From Massalongia carnosa (taxonomy: Eukaryota): a DNA stretch of 64,000 nucleotides. Within the stretch, counting starts at the first letter, position 1; each line of letters opens with the position of its first letter. This document shows positions 9,707-21,926 of this stretch, piece after piece. The stretch lies in assembly GCA_965645245.1 (NCBI GenBank), contig OZ287077.1, positions 806,001 through 870,000 of the forward strand, given 5' to 3'. The notes under the pieces are model-generated. The model was not told the DNA's origin, did no database searches, and saw only the letters and a program-made list of their open reading frames with translations. The translations under genes and the position numbers were made by a program.

Positions 9707-11371
9707 ATGTCTAAGACGCTCTCTATCCGAGGTAGAAAATCAGCTCTTACAGGGCGATCCTTGGATCGCTACCATAATGTTACAGCCGATCTCTATCATG
9801 GCGAAACCAACCGAAAAGGTTTGCTGGAGATGGGTGTATCTGAAAATGTAGGATTTTCCTGCTAGACTCCTTTTAAGCTACCAGGCGATAGAAGTCCAGC
9901 CGTTGATAGTCACTCGGATGCAGTTCCTCATGCAGCAGTGTGTGGCCGAGCACATCAACAAGAATGTGCGAGCGTCACTCCCATAATCTGATGAAACTTT
10001 TTGACTGATGAGCTTCCAATAGTTTTACATTGATCCATATACTATTGGCTACGGCGACGGGCCGAGTGGTAGCAAGCGCCTTAAAGCTGCCATGGCCGAG
10101 TTTATGACAAAATATTTTAACCCATTCGAGCCTGTCATGGCTGAGCATCTGCTATTTACATCAGGGCTAACTTCTGCAAATGAGATGCTAGCGTTTACGC
10201 TCATGGATGAAGGCGATGCCATCTTAGCATGTCAGCCTATTTATGGGGTGTTTAGCCGTGATTTCACCATCAAAGCGCGGTGAGTCGCTTCCATAACATA
10301 TGCCTGAAAGAAGAATTGCATCATTTTGATATTCTGTTGAGGCAGTTTAAAGATGCTCTACGTTCCCATGGAAGGAGTCGACCCCTTTTCCGTTGCTGCA
10401 TCAAGAAGGTTCGAGGACGCAATGATAGCAGCAAGAGAAAACGGGACAAGAGCCAAGGCTTTGATCTTGTGCAACCCACATAATCCACTAGGTTCTAAGC
10501 CCTGAAGTAAGGACATTGCCGATAGTTCTAACAAAAAATAGGACGATGCTATCCTCCAGAGGCTTTGAAAGCCTACATGGGCTTGTGCCAAATGCACAAG
10601 ATCCATTTGATCAGCGATGAAGTCTATGCGCTGTCTATTTTCGATTCTGGAGATTCCAACGCACTGCCTTTCACATCGGTTCTGGCTATTGACAGCACGG
10701 ATCTCATTCGCCCAGACTATCTTCACGTCCTATACGGTATGAGTAAAGTAGGTGCGGTAGGCTTCTCCACGAGTTGAGAAATGGTTGATTGATCCGTAGG
10801 ACTTCGCTGCCAGCGGGCTGCGCCTTGGCTGTATCTGCACCCAAAACGTAGAGCTTAGATACTCATTGAAAGCCATTTCGTTCGTGATTTATGAAACTCA
10901 TGATGGCTAGGCGTTTCTGACTACCTCCATAGCGCATATCACTGGGCATCCGGGCCCTCGACTGCCGCTGCTGAAACGATGCTCGATGACACAAAGTGGG
11001 TAGCGTCGTTCATCCAGCGTTCTCGAAGCCTTCTGGCCGAAAGCTATTGCCATGCCACGGCACTCCTCCGAGCAGCCAGCATACCTTACTATCAAGGCGG
11101 TAACGCAGGTTTCTTCCTTTGGTGCGACTTCCGGGCGTATCTTTCAGCCTACGGAGATGGATTCGAAGGTGAAAAGGCGTTGTCCCAGCGGTTCATGGAA
11201 GCTAAGGTCTTCCTTGCGACGGGAGAATCCTTCCACAGCGAAGTCCCGGGATGGTTTCGAGTCATTTTCACGCTGCCAAAAGATCAGCTGGAGGAAGGAA
11301 TGAGAAGGATCGTTTCCGTTTTGCACGCTGAAGTTGGGTCCAGGAGAAAGGTGGAGAAAAGTAGTATGTGA
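9707..11371 (+). CDS. PLP-dependent class I/II aminotransferase, ACC-synthase-like (multi-exon)
   Basis: Motifs YGDGPSGSKRL, CNPHNPLGRCY, LISDEVYALS, YGMSKDFAASGLRLG, GFFLW, PGWFRV. Six GT-AG introns restore a continuous frame. Confidence 0.88.
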
Positions 11372-11815
11372 CAGGATTAGCATTTCATGTTCCGGTTCTG
11401 TTTGGAAGACTTGCTCCAAATGCTTCTAAAGGAATTGTAGCTCATGTGGCTGCCTGCAGCTAGACTTAGCTTATGTAGTGACCCGAGTGCCACCTAATCG
11501 CGTTGTAGATGTTCATTAACTACCTAGCAAAGAACGCGAGGCAGTAGAGTTTGACCTTGCATTCACATCATCAAATCCCGAGTCGATTCAGCATGCTCCA
11601 GAGTACAGAGTACAGAGTATCCTATTACAGGAAGACATGTCAGTTAGCTACAATCCCCTCCAGAGAACGGTCAGATGCATAGCTTTTAGCCGTCTATTTT
11701 TGCAGCTTCGTCGTTATGCATCATACATATTGTGTTGAGTACGGGTTTAATCCTTTAAAGGCAGCTTCTCTACGAGAGTTCTTAGTGTTTGTATAGTTGT
11801 CACGCATTTATCTTC

Positions 11816-13240
11816 ATGGCGCTTTCCCAAGAGCTTGACTCTGGTTTTCAGACACACAACTGCAACGAAAAGCCGCGAGACGAGAAGCGGCTGCCTGCCA
11901 CGGTGTCTTTGCACCTAACGAACTTCCTGGCTTCAAATCCCAGCATTCGGTTCATCCGTTACCAATGGGTCGATCTCTTCGGCGTCCTCCGTGTCCGTGT
12001 CCTCCCCAAGGCCCACAGCCTGTCGCTCGCCACTACAAACTCCCCCGTCACCCTTGGCCCTTTTGCCCACGCCATCCTAGTTGATGGCACCATGATGCCC
12101 GACACAAAACCTGATGGTGTAGACAGCCTGTATCCCGACTGGTCGTCGCTCGCCAAGTCGAACGGCGGCAAGGATGGTGACCATTACGCCGCAGTCATGT
12201 GCTGGGTATCGGAATACAACCGCGACTGCCCGGATTTGGGTTACCAGCGCTGCCCACGATCGGCATTGCAGCGTGCCGTCGCGTACGCTCAGGACACTTG
12301 CGGCCTAGAATTCCTGGTCGGCTTTGAGATTGAGTTCATTCTAACAAGCACAAACGCCGAGGGCCACCGGACTCCGCTGGGCGGCGACGAGGGCATCTGG
12401 ACTGCCTCCAGCACCCGCACCCCCGCCTTTGCTTACGTGGAAGAGAGCGTTGACGCTCTCACAGCAGTAGGTATCGACGTCCAGCAATTCCACTCCGAGG
12501 GCGCTGCCGGTCAGTTTGAGATCTCGACCGCGCCGCTACCGCCGCTGCAGGCCGTTGACGCTTTGATTCTCACCCACGAGACGATCAAGAATGTGCTCGC
12601 CCGGCACGGGCATCGCGCGACCATGTATCCCAAGCCTCTCGACCGCCTCCCCTCGAATGGCGCCCACATGCACGTTTCGTTCGTCGGCAGCCCGGCCCCC
12701 GTGGGGGCGGATAAGGGAGACGCATTTCTGGCCGGCCTGCTACGGCGCATCCCTGCGCTGTGCGCCTTCACCATGCCGACGCACGACTCGTACGTACGCG
12801 TAGAGCGCCTCGAGGCCGGCGAGCACGTGGGCTGGGGTTCGCAGAACCGCACGGTCCCGGTCCGCCAAGTCCGCCCATGCCACTGGGAGCTGCGGTTCGT
12901 TGACGGCACGGCAAACATGTACCTGGCGCTTGCGGTGTGCCTTACGGCCGGGGCGCTGGGCGTGCGCGACGGCGAGGCGCTGCGGTGGCGGGATTGCACG
13001 TGCGCTGAGGATGCGCGGGATCTGGAGAACGGGCCCGTGGACGCGGACGGGTCAACCCCGCTCCCGAAAAGCTTGAGAGAGGCGCTGGCGTGTCTTGCGG
13101 ACGACCCGGCCCGGTTAGGAGACGTGCTTGGGACGGCGCTGGTGGAGCGGTATTTACGGGTGAAGGCGCACGAGGAGATGCAGATGGGGAGGCTAGACCG
13201 GTTGGCGAGGAGGAGGTTGTATTTGCAAAAATTTGGGTGA
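11816..13240 (+). CDS. Glutamine synthetase-like protein (FluG C-terminal / gamma-glutamyl ligase type)
   Basis: RFIRYQWVD, GFEIEF, HSEGAAGQFEI, NGAHMHVS, WGSQNR, HWELRFVDGTANMYLA. Single exon. Confidence 0.88.
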   Translation: MALSQELDSGFQTHNCNEKPRDEKRLPATVSLHLTNFLASNPSIRFIRYQWVDLFGVLRVRVLPKAHSLSLATTNSPVTLGPFAHAILVDGTMMPDTKPDGVDSLYPDWSSLAKSNGGKDGDHYAAVMCWVSEYNRDCPDLGYQRCPRSALQRAVAYAQDTCGLEFLVGFEIEFILTSTNAEGHRTPLGGDEGIWTASSTRTPAFAYVEESVDALTAVGIDVQQFHSEGAAGQFEISTAPLPPLQAVDALILTHETIKNVLARHGHRATMYPKPLDRLPSNGAHMHVSFVGSPAPVGADKGDAFLAGLLRRIPALCAFTMPTHDSYVRVERLEAGEHVGWGSQNRTVPVRQVRPCHWELRFVDGTANMYLALAVCLTAGALGVRDGEALRWRDCTCAEDARDLENGPVDADGSTPLPKSLREALACLADDPARLGDVLGTALVERYLRVKAHEEMQMGRLDRLARRRLYLQKFG

Positions 13241-14080
13241 TTTTCTGTTTTGGTTTGTTACTGTGGTTGATGGTGTCCTAGAATTTTGCTTTTTATATCG
13301 TTCCAAGCCTTGGTTGTTTTAGAGGGTGAGAATCAACCGATTTGCTGCTGTCTTTGGTTTTCCCAGATTCGAGGTTTTAAATCCATCCATCCATCAACCG
13401 GCCCTTGCCCCGTTTCCTCCTCCACCTCTCCTCCTCTCCCTTCCTTCCCTTTCCCCTCTCCCCCCGCCCCACCCCCCTTCTGCGCCCTCGACTAACCAGC
13501 AATAGTCAAAAGCGAAGCCGGATAATCGACGTATTCGGGCAGGCGAAGGAAAAGAAAGAAGAGCGATGAAGGGCCCATTGCCACACGTATATGTACCGTA
13601 CCGTACATATATATCTCTACTACTCCATCTCTATATCTATCTATTTTCGTTTAGTCATTTAGGCTGCTTAGAGTTTAAGCAACTAGCTATCAAGTTTACT
13701 TTATGTACTCGGGGAAAATTGTACAGGGAGGTTTTTACGAATAGCTTCGTTGTGTTTCATTTCGACGGAATTTCTATCCCTCCCATTTTTTGAAATTCAT
13801 ACCACCCAAACAGTCAACCAGCCAGCCAGACATCACAAAGAACCCCCCCCCCCCCTCCTCCCCCAAAAAAAACGAGAAAACGAACCGCGACGAGTGGTAG
13901 TCACATATGTAAGCTACAAGTAAGCGAAATTGATTGATGGTTTTTGGGGGAGGGGATAGGAGGAATGGCGGACTGAAGCTGAAACAAAAGGTGGAGGTTC
14001 CTATCCGTCCAATTCATCTCATTCTGTTGAAATAGGTATATGACTATGGCTATATGGCTATGTAATATGTATGACCGTGA

Positions 14081-14289
14081 TGTTAAGGATGAAGAGTTGC
14101 TAGGCAGCAATCTTTTCCTATTACTGGTCACCCCCTTCTAAGCGAGGTGATCTTATCTTATCTTGGGACTAAGCCTAATGCGGCATCTACGGTTTCCGTA
14201 GATGATCTGTCCATCTAGGGCAGCCGTAGGTGCTATGTTCATCGTACTGATAGGTGTTCATTGTGCTGGTAGGAATTGGATATTCAACA
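14081..14289 (-). mobile_element. Solo-LTR-like repeat, copy 2 (inverted relative to 8124-8330)
   Basis: TGTTA...CAACA ends and reverse-complement match to copy 1. Confidence 0.7.
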
Positions 14290-14949
14290 CATTCTCACCC
14301 TTTTAAAGGAAATAAATGAACGAACGGAAAACGAGAGACGTAGAAAAAAGATTTCTTTTTTTTTCTTCTTCCCAACAAATTGGACGGAAATGTCGGAATT
14401 GATTTTTTTGGTTTTACTGGTGTGAGTAGATAGGTTGATTGATTGGTAAGTATATATGATAAATATTGAGATTCAACTAGTTATCAAGGTAAAAACACTG
14501 TAGGTAGTTTTGAACTAATTAGGTATACATAGTTACGAGTACTCTGTACCACCACTAGGTGTTTATATAATCTCAAATCTATCGCAACCGACTCCCCCTC
14601 CAAAAAAAGAAACGAAAAGAGTTGCATACCTATTATCTGGGTTACACTAGTTATGGAAATCGGATGACTAGGTAAGAGAACGTAGCCAGCAGAGGAGGTT
14701 TGATCGGGGGAGCTTGATTGAATGATTGAGTTCATAATTCGAGAGGTAAGAGGGGAAATTTAGGTAGAGATAATGCTGGCTGGCTAGATAAGATTGAAAC
14801 AGAAGGGGGAACGAGCGAGAAAAAGCCGTTATTGAAGGAAGGGGGGGGAGAAAGGAAAAAAAAAAACTGTTAAGGGGTATATATCCGCTCCAAGCCCCCC
14901 ATCCAAACCGACAAACACCAAAACCACCGACCGTTCTCCCTCCTCCCCT

Positions 14950-17523
14950 TCACTCAAAGACCGGAGCACCCCCCCCCTTCAACACCGCCCTCCTCTCATC
15001 CTCATCCACCATCCCGCCCCTCACCCCCTCCAACACCTCCCACCAGCGCACTTCCCCCGCCACCCGCACCCGCGCCGCCTCCAGCGCCTTCCGCACCTCC
15101 GCTTCCCGCACCCCCTGCACGCGCTCGAAACGGTCCATCTCGTCGCGCATCAGCTCATCGAATTCCCGCAGCGCCGCCTCCCCACGCACGATCCACTTGC
15201 GCAGGTCGCGCTCATGCTGCGCCTGCAGTTCGTGACGCTCGGCGGATTGCGCGTCCATGAGGAGGTCCAGCACGCTGGCCGTGAGGTGGCCGCGCTGCGA
15301 CTCCTGCGAGGCCCCGCCGGGGAGGGGTTGCAGGAAGACGCGGTCTTGGTCCTCGCGGTGGCGGTGCAAGGTCGCCGTGAGCGCGGTGCGATGCGTGCGG
15401 TGCAATTCCGCGAGTTTCTTCTCATTGACAGCCACGATGCCCTTGCGCTCGAGGATGATCTGACGGCTACGTTCGCGCGAAAGGTTGGTGGCGCGGAGCC
15501 CTGATTCCTTCTGCTCCAGCAGCTTCAGCTCCGCGCCGTGGCGGGCGGCCAAGAGCTCCTTCTGTTGCTGCAGCACGCGCGCGAGGGTGGCGCGAAGTTG
15601 GCCAAAGCGCGCATTGATCGCCTCCACACGCGCGTATTCTCGGCGCGTAAACTCCTCCAGCTCCTCCGCCTGGCGCATTGCTTCGAGTTCGCGCTCCTCC
15701 GCCTCGCGCTCCGCGGCCACTTGGCGTTCCGCGCGCTCCACCGCGGCGATGGCTTCACGCACCTCGGCTTCTTCGGCGTGGAGCTCGGCGTTGAAGGCCG
15801 CGAGCCGTTCGGCGATCTCGGCTTCGCGGTCGGCTTGGTCGGCCTCGGTGCACTCGCAGGTTCGCCATCGAGCGCCGCAGGTATAGCTGGAGATCGTTAG
15901 CGGGAGCCTTTCTCGCCCCGGAAAATCCCCATACCAGAATTCAGCTTTGCATTTGCACGTGATATGCCGACACCCTGTGCTCAACTCCACCATCGTCCTG
16001 CAACTATAACACCGTCGCCAGCCGGCACGCTCCGCCTGCGCCAACGTAGCGCTCAGGCTAAAATCCTGCGGGCAGTCTTGCTTGGCCGCGTGCTGCGCCC
16101 CTCGGCACGAGGAGCACATCCAAAACTTGCAGCGCGGGCATTCCAACGCCCCATTCAATCGGCGAGCTTTGCGCGTGTCGATCCATTTCGCGCATTCCGG
16201 CGATCCGCAATAGTACCGGCTTCCGACGGCGACGGCATACTCGAGGGCTTTTTCGTCATACTCGCTCATCACGGAGGCGGATAAGTGGGTTTCAAGGGTC
16301 CGCCGGGGAATTTCCTGGATGCAACACTTGGGCGGAAAAATATCCTCGCCGTGCATTGCGGTGCTGACGAGCTGCGAGAAACAGGGCCTACAGTATTGAT
16401 GAGAACATGGCAGGTTGACGGCCTTTTTGTCAGGTACGTCGTCGAAGCAACTCGTGCATTCGCGTGGCACAGCAGGCAGTTCCTCGGCACACTTGGCCCC
16501 TTTGGGTTTTCGACCGAGAAGTCTAAATAATCCCTGATTCGGTCGGACGTTGTGCTTCTGTGCATGGATCCATGAGCTCCTCGACGTTGACTCCAGGCTT
16601 TCCTGAGAGCTTGTCACCGCGCAAAGCTCGGCGGAAGTTCGGAGATTGTTCAGCGCATCGTCGCCGTTGCTGGATCCCACGCTTGCTGTCGAGTCCAGCG
16701 ATTGGCTGACCGGGCTGGAGCGGTCGCTCGACATGGAAAGAACGGGGAATTGATGAAGGTCGAGGGACCGTTGACGGTCTGGAGACCGTATCGATGCCGT
16801 TGCCGAGGTTTGCACGCTGGGACAAACCGTCCCCACCTCACTTCCCGAACTCGACATCGTCACCGTCGTCCTCACGACAATAGCCTGTGTATGGAGCTTT
16901 GACGCTCGTAAAGCCCGATGTTCGTCGTAGGATTCTTGTACAATGTTCCGTATCTCTTCGGGCTCCTGACTGTCGATGTATCCCAATTCCTCCGGTATCT
17001 CGGTTTCTTGCCATGATTCATTTTCAAAGTCTTCGGTACTTTGAGATTCGGCTCGAACAAGCGTCGGTAGCGGTCCATCGATGGTTGCGCTGCCCACCTG
17101 AATGACCAGGTCTGGAAGATTCATGTGAACGCGACGGGCAGGCAGCTTGCCTGGAGTTGCCAGCGGGCGAGGCATCTCGTGTCCGCTGCCCAGCGGGATC
17201 ATTCCCCCATTTCTCTGGTACCCACAGCGCCGAGCGGCGTCGACGTCGAAAGGGCCAAAAATTGAAGGCTGCGCATCCAGGTCGACCTGCGAGGTCTTGA
17301 ATCTGAGAGGGCTAGCATCCAACAGAATCGGCACGGGATTGGCAGCAATTTTCATCATCGCTGTTGCACATAGACCAGGATGAGAAGCGAAACACGACGA
17401 CAATGTTGCAATCACCGAGCAGAGGAAATCGAACGATAGAAGACAAAAAGCAACGACGGTACGCGGCAAGTTGCAGGAAACAGATCCGCTCAGGGAGGGT
17501 GCCTGTGTGTTCCCGCTCGACAT
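14950..17523 (-). CDS. RBR (RING-IBR-RING) E3 ubiquitin ligase-like protein
   Basis: CTSC..CSHQYCRPC..PPKCC, YCGSPEC..CPRC..CSSC..H..C, RRCYSC..GCRHITCKC, C-terminal coiled coil. A 48-nt in-frame intron at about 15887-15934 restores EFCYTC. True start uncertain (possible upstream exon near 17800). Confidence 0.85.
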   Translation of the reverse strand: MSSGNTQAPSLSGSVSCNLPRTVVAFCLLSFDFLCSVIATLSSCFASHPGLCATAMMKIAANPVPILLDASPLRFKTSQVDLDAQPSIFGPFDVDAARRCGYQRNGGMIPLGSGHEMPRPLATPGKLPARRVHMNLPDLVIQVGSATIDGPLPTLVRAESQSTEDFENESWQETEIPEELGYIDSQEPEEIRNIVQESYDEHRALRASKLHTQAIVVRTTVTMSSSGSEVGTVCPSVQTSATASIRSPDRQRSLDLHQFPVLSMSSDRSSPVSQSLDSTASVGSSNGDDALNNLRTSAELCAVTSSQESLESTSRSSWIHAQKHNVRPNQGLFRLLGRKPKGAKCAEELPAVPRECTSCFDDVPDKKAVNLPCSHQYCRPCFSQLVSTAMHGEDIFPPKCCIQEIPRRTLETHLSASVMSEYDEKALEYAVAVGSRYYCGSPECAKWIDTRKARRLNGALECPRCKFWMCSSCRGAQHAAKQDCPQDFSLSATLAQAERAGWRRCYSCRTMVELSTGCRHITCKCKAEFWYGDFPGRERLPLTISSYTCGARWRTCECTEADQADREAEIAERLAAFNAELHAEEAEVREAIAAVERAERQVAAEREAEERELEAMRQAEELEEFTRREYARVEAINARFGQLRATLARVLQQQKELLAARHGAELKLLEQKESGLRATNLSRERSRQIILERKGIVAVNEKKLAELHRTHRTALTATLHRHREDQDRVFLQPLPGGASQESQRGHLTASVLDLLMDAQSAERHELQAQHERDLRKWIVRGEAALREFDELMRDEMDRFERVQGVREAEVRKALEAARVRVAGEVRWWEVLEGVRGGMVDEDERRAVLKGGGAPVFE

Positions 17524-18492
17524 GCATCAGGGAGCAGTCTCATGCCAAGGGCTGGGAACTACGCTTAGCCCGGCGCCACAATCGTAGCCAGCTCAGCGAG
17601 CAAACTTCAGGCCTGAGAAAGCCTTGTTAGTGCTTCGCCATGACGGCAAACTCGTGAAGTAAGGAGCCCTGTCTGGTTGCCCGTTGGGCGAATAGGCGAA
17701 GCAACAACTATCTTGTCCTGGCTGCGTCAACATCCATTGAGGGAAGCGGGTAAGAAAGGCACGGACAATCAGGTACCTTGTCCCCCGCGGCCATTCGCAT
17801 GATCATAGTCAACACGTTTCTAGAATCGGACTAGAACCCGTCACGAAGCTCGCCGTTCCTTTCCTTTTTTTTCCTTTTTTTTCCCCTTGGAACTTGTCGC
17901 TCGTCGCCAATAGGACTGGGTCCGAGCTTTCGCAGGTCCCCGACTTGCGCAGTCCACCCGTCTCCGAGCCGTCTTCGAATCCCTTTTTTTTATTTTTATT
18001 TTTTTTAAAAAAAAATCACTCATGACCGCGACGGAAATAGACGACGGATTGATTTGGGGTCAGCAGCGGGTTGGTGTGGCGTTTCCGTGAAGCCTTAAAC
18101 CTTGCGTTGAGGCTAGAATGGTCGTATGACTTCAAGGTTCCAGGCATGATGAACGTGACGAAGATCATAAACGCATGAAAGTGAAAGTGAAAGCAAGTTA
18201 GGGCAGATTGCCGATCGGTTCTAACTAAGTTAGTGAGCGTACGAAGTACTCCATACGGCTGATCGTGTGCCGCAAGACCGCAAATGGTTTAAGTCACTCT
18301 CTCTGTTCATGCGGCGTACAGAGGTACAGAGTAACACAGTACACAGTGCAGAGTACTCTGTACGGTGGGCAGAATACGCCATTCAGTAGGACAGGGTGCC
18401 CCGTACTTCGTACACAAGGCTGCAAGGATAGTCTCTCCCGCACTGAAGAGCAAGGCTCGCTTGAGTTAGTCAAGTCACTGATCATTTCCCCC

Positions 18493-18927
18493 CTAATCGT
18501 GTCAAAACACTAACTAAACCCCAACCGAGTCAGGGTCTAGTTTCCGACGGTCTAGTGTCCGACAGTCTATTGACGCATCAAATTTCACTACAAATTATAT
18601 TAAAACAAAAGTACAAATCAACGACAACTTGAAATAAATTCGTTATAATCTTTCGATTCAATACTAAAAAATATTATCATTTGAAAAAAATCAAAAATTA
18701 AAAAACCCATCGGTTTTTACGTATTTTAGAAAATTTTAATATGTTCAATTATAAATCAATTCGTATTAATTGCAAATCTTGATATTTTCATGAATTCTAG
18801 ATTTTAATCAAGAAATAATTAATAAATACGCAAAATAGTAATTTGTATGTGAAATTTGATGCGGCAGAAGACTGTATGCGTCAGTAAACCCTGACTCGGT
18901 TGGGGTTTAGTGTTTTGACACGATTAG
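18493..18927. mobile_element. MITE / foldback non-autonomous element
   Basis: TIRs CTAATCGTGTCAAAACAC(TAAC)TAAACCCCAACCGAGTCAGGGT at both ends, further imperfect arms (GCATCAAATTTCAC), AT-rich core, CCC on both flanks. Confidence 0.8.
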
Positions 18928-20496
18928 CCCTTGACTCGACGGAGTGGTTAACCAACCATCGGATTTAATGTTTAGAATGAAATAGATCCTCTTGATCATC
19001 AATCTTATGCTGGTTTGGTGCTAGTTAGTTTGGTCTCATCAAGAGTTCGATACGCTTGCGGGTTAGGAAGATCCAAAAGAACAACCCATCCCATCGAATC
19101 GGCCTGCTACAACCAAGGGAGTTATTCTTAATCAGTCTCCAACCAAACTCAAATCTTGCAGGCAACAACCCCCATCTATCCAATCCGCAGTCTACAAAGG
19201 CATCCTTCACGACTAGACCACGTCTCTCCACGTAGGTATCAACTCTGCTTCAGCCGTGCAAGAAAGGCTCCGCGGTCCTCCATGTTCTATATCCGTACAA
19301 CGTACAGCCGAACGAAACCTTCTTTCCTGAACGACGCCTGAGACAGTGTCCCCAAATTAAAACATTTAAGGGAGGGTAGAGGGCTACAGAAGCAACTCTG
19401 TGAGACATGGAGTTTGCGAGCCCCAATGACTCCCCGAACCGAGAACCGGGGTTAGTTACATAACTAGTTAGTTAGGAGCCTTAGAACGAGAACCGTTCAA
19501 ATGAAAGTCAACAACGAGCGATCAGCCCAGCGCAGCCCAGCGCAACATGTTCACACAGTTGACAGACAGCCTGGTATCGGCAAGCTCTCTCCATTCTCCA
19601 GGCAATAGGGAAAGGAAGTGTATATTCAGCCTTCAGGCTATGGTTTTTCAGCAAAGGAGGAAAGTAGTGAACCAACAATAACTGCAATTGGATTTGATGA
19701 TGAAGAAAAAGGGACAAAGAAAATGCGCCTGAAACCTCTTCTACCTATTTCGCCTTTAATACCTTCCGCCTCTATAGGGTAGACTCTGCCCCTATCGTGA
19801 TATGTTGCCCAAGAAAGACTTTGGATCAAGCTGTAAAGAATCAATCAATATGCGGAATGTGTTTCGATCCAGGATGCCTGTTCATGAGAAAAATGGCCTA
19901 TCTTGTTGAAGGTCGCATCCCTTGCGCGCTATTGATAAACATTAATTGTCCTTCTTCAACGTCAAAATCGTATCAGTTACCGAAGTGAAGCGTCAGGCCG
20001 TCAGCAAGAGTTGATGCGACTGGTTCGGTCAAGATTAAAGAGGTCCTGGCATTTTCGACTCCATATTAGTTAAACGTAAACAAGGAAGTGGCGGTGGGCC
20101 AGACTATGTAACCCTTTCGCTGGCATCGCCTCATTCAACTCGATGAAGCACTTCAAAGTTAATGCTAGCATGTTCTCTTTACTACGTTGTTCTAGTTCTC
20201 CATTTATCCTGTCCAAATAAATTCGATACGTCGTAAGCCTATTCAGGCAAGGCGTCCTAGGACTACGGCAAGTTTCATAACAAACATTGAAGTTATTCAT
20301 ACATCGATATTTCGTCGTAAACTGCATGTCGCATAGCCAAATCGTCAATCCTATTTATCCATCATGTCAAAAGACGATCATCGAGAAATACATGATTTCG
20401 TTACGATATCTCGGCAACCTTTAAGTCAACTAGATGCATTCAATGTTAGCTATGAGTCCGATTGCGCCTGTTTATCTCGTCAATAAACGCTGACAA

Positions 20497-21926
20497 TTGA
20501 TTTACGTCAAGTCCGTTTGCTTCAAGCAACCTAGTTACCATCGAAACGCTCCCTCAAGATTATCTTTCATCAAACCCTCGTCAGAAAAGCCATCCCACTT
20601 AAACAGGTCGTCAAGAACAAGAGATCCTCCTTCAAGTCGTCTTTCGACAGTAGCCTCTCGACTCAAATCATCCTCTCAAGGCATTACTTCACCGGATCTT
20701 CCACCGCCCGATCAAGATCACACTCAGCTTTGGAAACACGTCAGAAGTTATCTAGCGATGAATCAACTCAAATTCATGCCATCACGTGGTGATAAAGACA
20801 ATGATGGACTTGTCAAGGCTCTCGAGTGCCGAAACATCAAGATGAACCCGAATTTACCCTGTCTGGACGTAGTAAACAGTGAACGTAATGAAGGTCAACC
20901 CCTCTTTATGGTCAAGCTGCGCAAATTGCAGAAGCCCTCTGCAACAACTTTCGGTTGAACGACCCCTCTCTGATGGAGACTCGATATCATATCATGCGCG
21001 AGTTTTTTCCGGAGTCCAAGACTATGTTAACACCCAACACCTCTATGAACGGACTAGTTGTGCAGTTCAAGTTCGACATGCAAAATCACGCCATTCAACG
21101 TAGAGCTTCGGATGTAGCCTCTATGCTTGCCACATCATGCAAGAATACTAACGCTAGCCAACACAGTCGAAACCCTTCGAGGAAGGACTTATCAGTTGAC
21201 TCGCACAGCCAAAAAACCTTTATGGATTCACTACACGTTTTGGATGAATCCAATGCACTCAGAAAATCTGTTACACTCACGTTCGGTCTAGACGCGAAAA
21301 ACAGCTTTACGTCCACTGCTTACAAAAGCGTTTTGGCGAGCGAATTCTTGCCATGTTTTCACAAGCCAAACTTCTGCGCTGACTTCTTACGCATCGATTT
21401 TCGGACAAACGCCAAGAATCAATATCAACTTGCTCAAACGCATTGGGCTATTCACGCACAGTCATCTATTCTTGAGCGGCTTCGCGTTTGCCCTGACCAG
21501 ACGGAAAATTAAAAAATTTTTCTCGGGCAGCTTGGATATTTCGGTTATATATTTTATGGCTTAAGCGTTCATATTTAGAGGATGACTTGTAAACCCGTGA
21601 AAAGCGAATCCAAGCCAGTCTCTTGTTCTGTTACTTCATCGCCATCTATAGCTTACACAGCGCGCCGACTAGCTATTCTCGATCTTACTGAAGCCGACGA
21701 CGTTGTTCATTTTAGCCAGCGGCACACTGCGATCATGCAATGGGCTCACACCACTTACTGTGCAAAATACGTCAAGGACGTAACAATGCTTCATGAGAAG
21801 CAGGATTCGCCAATATTTGTTCCAGTGATCCTTGCAGCAGACCAGGCGGAGAGGGTTTGGGCCACGCTACAACCTGAGAAGAAGAATAATGCTGAACGCA
21901 GCGTGCCTGAGGTCGACGCGAGGTAG
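20497..21926 (+). pseudogene. Possible fragmented gene of unknown function
   Basis: Three successive same-strand ORFs (153, 185, 114 aa) with protein-like composition, separated by a frameshift or stop. No recognisable motif. Confidence 0.3.

Noticed and set aside
15887..15934. Apparent 16-aa insertion breaking RING2 of the RBR ligase
   Set aside because: It is a stop-free 48-nt intron (GTATGG..CTAAC..CAG); splicing restores the motif.
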